Assembly: GCA_950097015.1 (NCBI GenBank)
Contig: CATNEN010000025.1
Coordinates: forward strand, 2,232,001 to 2,296,000
Origin: Macrostomum hystrix
Lineage: Eukaryota > Animalia > Platyhelminthes
Reading direction: 5' to 3'
Length of the DNA stretch: 64,000 nt
Both the position numbers and the translations under genes were made by a program. Positions 60,201 to 64,000 of the stretch are shown here, piece by piece. Within the stretch, counting starts at the first letter, position 1. The number at the start of each line of letters is the position of its first letter. Under the pieces are notes generated by a model. It saw nothing but the letters and a program-made list of their open reading frames with translations. It made no database searches and was not told the DNA's origin.

Positions 60201-63069
60201 AGCGGCGGCGTCGGCCGCGGCCGCAGCCGCTAAGCAATCTGGCTCAGCCGGCTGTCGATACTTTCCAATGCGATTGAGCTACTCTGAGTCGACGAATCGG
60301 GTGACGCTGGTCTATGCGCAGGAGGCAGCTACGTTGCCGCAGGGGCCCTAGCAACTGTTCCATCAACAAGCGGGGAGGTTTCACTGCCGCGAAACTGCTG
60401 ACTCTGATTGCTGAAACACTTTTTAAGAGCGGCCAGCATAGATAGAACAGTTTATGAATGTTAAAATTAGAGAATGAAACACTCCATTAACACCATCGCA
60501 ATGTTTAACGATATCGCCTAGGTCAATTATTAATCCTCTTTCATTCATTGATTCTACATAATGTTACCTAATCGAATAAAGGCAGGCCTAGTTTACTGTT
60601 GTATTTTTATTTGGTTATTACGAGTATACTACACAAAGCTTTTTATATTCAATCCTGATACCTGATCTTTACATACGAGTAGAAATTGGAAAATGTGTTT
60701 CGAAATTTAAGTGATAGAGATAACAAAATCTGTGCCGTAAATTACTGATTTTTAATTGCAAAGCAAGAAGCAGGATGGTTGAGTGGCACAGCGGTTAACT
60801 TGTTTGCCTTTCGCACCAATGTCACTAAGCTCGAATCCACGGCGAGGTCATATTAATTTGAAACGCAGTCGCTGAGAGAAGGATTAGCGGCTTCTCTCTA
60901 AAGTTACATTCCTGAGGGCCAACCCCCAAGGCAGTTTCTAGAGCTTTTCTCTTTAAAACGAATCAGTGAGAACATATATGGGCGTATATTAGCAATTAGC
61001 GGAATAGGGAAGCTTCAACACAGGAAAATTTATTATACTCATTCTAAAGTCATCATCACAAATCACTGTCATCGATCCATGTCACTTATTGTGTCTTAGT
61101 TGAGGAGGGTGGCAACTGCAAATCGGATAATTAATGTAGGCCGCTTAGTTTCACTGTCGCCCTAATGCAAAGGAAATTTGGCCAATTACTGATGAGTGCC
61201 TTGTGACAGTTAACGACTGTGAGCAGAAACTAGTAAAAATAATGCCTTCCTTCCCTCCTATATTGAGATGTCTGACAACTAAATAATACAATCAGCAAAA
61301 AATACTACTCGCGTGTCACTCTACTCATGAAAGTAGCACAAGAAGCAAAACCATTTATACGAAATTTTAGATGCTAACATATAGGATTCTGGGTCTCCAA
61401 TCCCAGCTCATCATCTTCAAGCTAGGATTCTGGGTCTCCAATCCCAGCTCATTATCTTCAATCTAGGATTCTGGGTCTCCAATCCTAGCTCACCATCTTC
61501 AATCTAGGATTCTGGGTCTCCAATCCTAGCTCACCATCTTCAATCTAGGATTCTGGGTCTCCAATCCTAGCTCACCATCTTCAATCTAGGATTCTGGGTC
61601 TCCAATCCTAGCTCACCATCTTCAATCTGGGATTCTGGGTGTCCAATCCCAGCTCATTATCTTCAAGCTAGGATTCTGGGTCTCCAATCCCAGCTCATCA
61701 TCTTCAAGCTAGGATTCTGGGTCTCCAATCCCAGCTCATCATCTTCAAGCTAGGATTCTGGGTCTCCAATCCCAGCTCATCATCTTCAAGCTAGGATTCT
61801 GGGTCTCCAATCCCAGCTCATTATCTTCAAGCTAGGATTCTGGGTCTCCAATCCCAGCTCATCATCTTCAAGCTAGGATTCTGGGTCTCCAATCCTAGCT
61901 CACCATCTTCAATCTGGGATTCTGGGTGTCCAATCCTAGCTCATCAGCTTCAATCTAGGATTCTGGATCTCCAATCCTAGCTCATCATCTTCAATCTAGG
62001 ATTCTGGATCTCCAATCCTAGCTCATCATCTTTAATCTAGGATTCTGGATCTCCAATCCTAGCTCATCATCTTCAATCTAGGATTCTGGATCTCCAATCC
62101 TAGCTCATCATCTTCAATCTAGGATTCTGGATCTCCAATCCTAGCTCATCATCTTCAATCTGGGATTCTGGGTCTCCAATCCCAGCTCATCATCTTCAAT
62201 CTAGGATTCTGGGTCTCGAATCCAAGCTCACTATCTTCAATCTAGGATTCTGGGTCTCCAATCTCAGTTCATCATCTTCAATCTAGGATTCTGGGTCTCC
62301 AATCCTAGCTCATCATCTTCAATCTAGGATTCTGGGTCTCCAATCCTAGCTCACCATCTTCAATCTAGGATTCTGGGTCTCGAGTGCTCACTCAGCATCT
62401 TCAATCGTTGTCTATGAGACAAGACTCACCTGTGAGCACAAGTCGCACCTCGCCTTCTGCTAAATCTAGCGGCGTCCGACCATCGTTGTTGTGCGCTGTC
62501 GGATCGGCTTTGCGCTGAAGCAGCAGCAGGCAGGCCTCCAGCTTGCCCTTGGCCGCAGCCTCGTGCAACGGCGTGTAGCCCCAGTTGTCCTTCAGGTTCG
62601 GATCGGCGCCTGAGTCCAACAGTAGGAGCACAACATCGCAGTGGCCGAAGGAGCAGGCATTGTGCAGCGGCACCAATCCGCCCTCGTCGCGGGCATTGAC
62701 CGGGGCGCCGCTCTGCAACAGCGCGGCAGCCACTTCGTGCCTACCGAAACCGGCGGCAAAGTGAAGCGGCGTGCTACCCTGGCCGTTGGGATCGCGCAAT
62801 AAGGTGCTCTGGTGAGCCAGGGCCAGCAGCCGCCTGACGCGAACTAGGTCGCCAGATCGGCAAGCCTCGAATAAATCAGTCGATGACGCGACGTCTGGTG
62901 CTGGCGTGGACGGTGCAGAAGTAGGCAGCAGCTGCTGCTGGAGCTGAGGCAACGTTAGTAGCGGACATGGAGACTCATTTAACAGCTCCAACGACGATTG
63001 CTGCTGCGGCGAGTGGGAATCGTTGCAGGGGGTGGCGCCACCCGATACAGTGCGCGCGCCACTAGGCAT
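50764..63069 (-). CDS. TNKS: Tankyrase (PARP5), exons 62430-63069, 55740-56257, 53031-54482, 51804-52631 and 50764-51261
   Basis: Ankyrin repeat clusters ([46 protein letters not shown]), a SAM domain ([37 protein letters not shown]) and a PARP domain. All junctions are GT-AG and in phase. Confidence 0.97.
51388..51648. repeat. 23-bp intronic minisatellite (GGATTGGGTAATATCAGCCTGAA)n
   Basis: About 11 units in the last tankyrase intron. Confidence 0.96.
52650..53012. repeat. 20-bp intronic minisatellite (AATGACCTACCAAACATGAC)n grading into a related unit
   Basis: Period of 20; fills nearly the whole tankyrase intron 3. Confidence 0.94.
55200..55320 (-). mobile_element. Probable SINE family B, copy 2
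   Basis: GCTGCGTACAGCTGTTCAGTCCGTGGAC; the minus strand has TAGTGGTTA (A-box-like) and GGTTCGAATC (B box). Confidence 0.55.
55323..55600 (+). mobile_element. SINE family A with internal deletion, in tankyrase intron
   Basis: GGGGTAAGTGGCAGAGAAGTTAACGCGTCTGCCTCTCGCACCAAGG head, core and 3' end followed by an AT-rich tail. Confidence 0.87.
56315..57505. repeat. 24-26-bp intronic minisatellite (CACACCTGAGACTGGGCTGTGGCTCA)n, about 45 units
   Basis: Direct periodicity with CA-slippage length variants. Confidence 0.97.
59329..60351 (+). CDS. Intronless 340-aa orphan ORF nested antisense in tankyrase intron 1
   Basis: Non-repetitive, GC-rich frame with the same style as the host exons. ATG start MGQQMS, two poly-Ala tracts, TATAA at about 59226 and AATAAA at 60575-60580. 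Confidence 0.7.
   Translation: MGQQMSGEAYCRATIEKLLAELNTTDSRVSESRVTSDSGDSAAVSVDFTWREWARVSKYLERVLPGAEQKRLLNHVLLDRTGLRHCRQEASTEDEFTIDASTATVGNGHAGETKPGWTVHVNYGDDDSKNPILYRDFVKLHFQLAEVALPNNGNKGDGEGEASEGDIVAERLADLVKRRCGSIGINLLVTKAKHHSSESCVVVSGTVDVRSVLRNAQQLELHSWLNPAKAEDQELSDHLMRSAAGLRDRIDGAATAAAAAAAAAATAKPAPMPSQPQPAASSASAAAAAAAAAASAAAAAAKQSGSAGCRYFPMRLSYSESTNRVTLVYAQEAATLPQGP
60775..60945 (+). mobile_element. SINE family A, diverged 5' half, in tankyrase intron 1
   Basis: GAGTGGCACAGCGGTTAAC..GCACCAATGTCACTAAGCTCGAATCCACGGCGAGG..GAGGGCCAACCCCCAAGGCA. Confidence 0.72.
61384..62382. repeat. 40-bp intronic minisatellite (CTAGGATTCTGGGTCTCCAATCCTAGCTCATCATCTTCAA)n, about 25 units
   Basis: Period of 40; each unit carries an internal inverted repeat. 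Confidence 0.97.
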
Positions 63070-64000
63070 GGCGCAGCACAAATGGGCTGCAGAAAAAAAT
63101 GAGATATTCTTTACCAATATGAATGAAAGCTGTATCTAATTTGGCACTAAAAGTGACCTCGAAATAGCAAAATAAGTATTAATCAGTTTTGTCACTCTTA
63201 GACAACAACTTAAATGTGCAATTTTAGAAGTTGAAATACATATCATTGCATTACATATTAGCTAGCTACCACAATAAAATAAGATAGAAACACTTGCCTA
63301 AATTTAAATCTTAGCTAATACAAAGTAACAGGCTTATAAATATCTATTTAAACTATAAAGTTTACTATAAAGAAAAGGCAAATTAAGTGTCTTAGTCTAC
63401 TTAACAAGTCAATTATTTATTTGCATTAAACACTAAACCCCCTTTACTAATACAAAAAAATCATGCATTGTCTTATATCAAAATGTTTTGACAATAAAGC
63501 AGCAATAAAGTTTTACTTATGACAAAAAACAAAAAATTGCTTGTAAATAAAAGCATTTCAAAGTAAAGCTATAAAGGTATTGCCTACAAAGCCCCTATTG
63601 GAATAAAGATAGAAAACTTGTGGACGTGTACTTGTACATGTACTTAAGAAAAAATGCAAGTCATTTTATCCAACTTTAGCATTGTAATGTGATGAAAATT
63701 CTAGCAGATACATAGAACTGTTTTGTTAATTCTAGCAGTTAGTTGTTATTTTATGGCCTATGCTTTCCTATGCACTTATTTTTTCCTGTAGAATCGATAG
63801 GAAAGCAGTACAAAATAAAAACACCAATGCTATGTATGCTGTGTAGCTACTTAGCACATACCAAACTGCACTTTACACAACTCCCAAAAAGGCACACTAG
63901 ACACAGCCAAGACTATCTGCAGATTGTCAACTTTTTTCTAATAAGGTCCAAAGCTATAAATACCCATACCAAAATGAAGAGCTACCCATTAGCAATTAAG

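Noticed and set aside
13782-60945. tRNA genes at A/B-box motifs
   Set aside because: No complete cloverleaf or acceptor stem, and the heads continue into a shared non-tRNA body, so these are SINE heads.
20290-62382. CRISPR-like appearance of regular 23-41-bp repeats, including the palindromic 40-mer
   Set aside because: There are no unique spacers and no cas genes, and the context is eukaryotic introns.
6516-63069. Functional gene cluster or operon of p35, spectrin, WDR35 and tankyrase
   Set aside because: Orientations alternate and no shared pathway is evident.

Overview
Eukaryotic (metazoan) genomic window with spliceosomal GT-AG introns, GC-rich Ala/Arg-rich exons and AT-rich spacers. 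The overall style suggests a free-living flatworm such as Macrostomum; this is an inference and was not verified. Four genes are confidently recognisable: a 2-exon CDK5 activator (p35-like, +), a ~23-kb beta-heavy spectrin (CH-CH, spectrin repeats with embedded SH3, PH; -), an 11-exon WDR35/IFT121 (+) and a 5-exon tankyrase (ankyrin clusters, SAM, PARP; -). Three orphan coding candidates are also present: a partial gene at the left edge, a single-TM protein, and a 340-aa intronless gene nested antisense in tankyrase intron 1. Non-coding DNA is dominated by about 26 different minisatellite arrays and at least 9 copies of a tRNA-derived SINE, plus a probable second SINE family. The most interesting signal is that five or six otherwise unrelated arrays, mostly with 40-41-bp units, share the core GGAGTGAGGTGGCTG, which reads CAGCCACCUCACUCC (or a 1-mismatch variant) in the host pre-mRNA in all four clear intronic cases. 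Most long ORFs in the supplied track are repeat artefacts or antisense shadows. No CRISPR, rRNA or intact tRNA gene was found.
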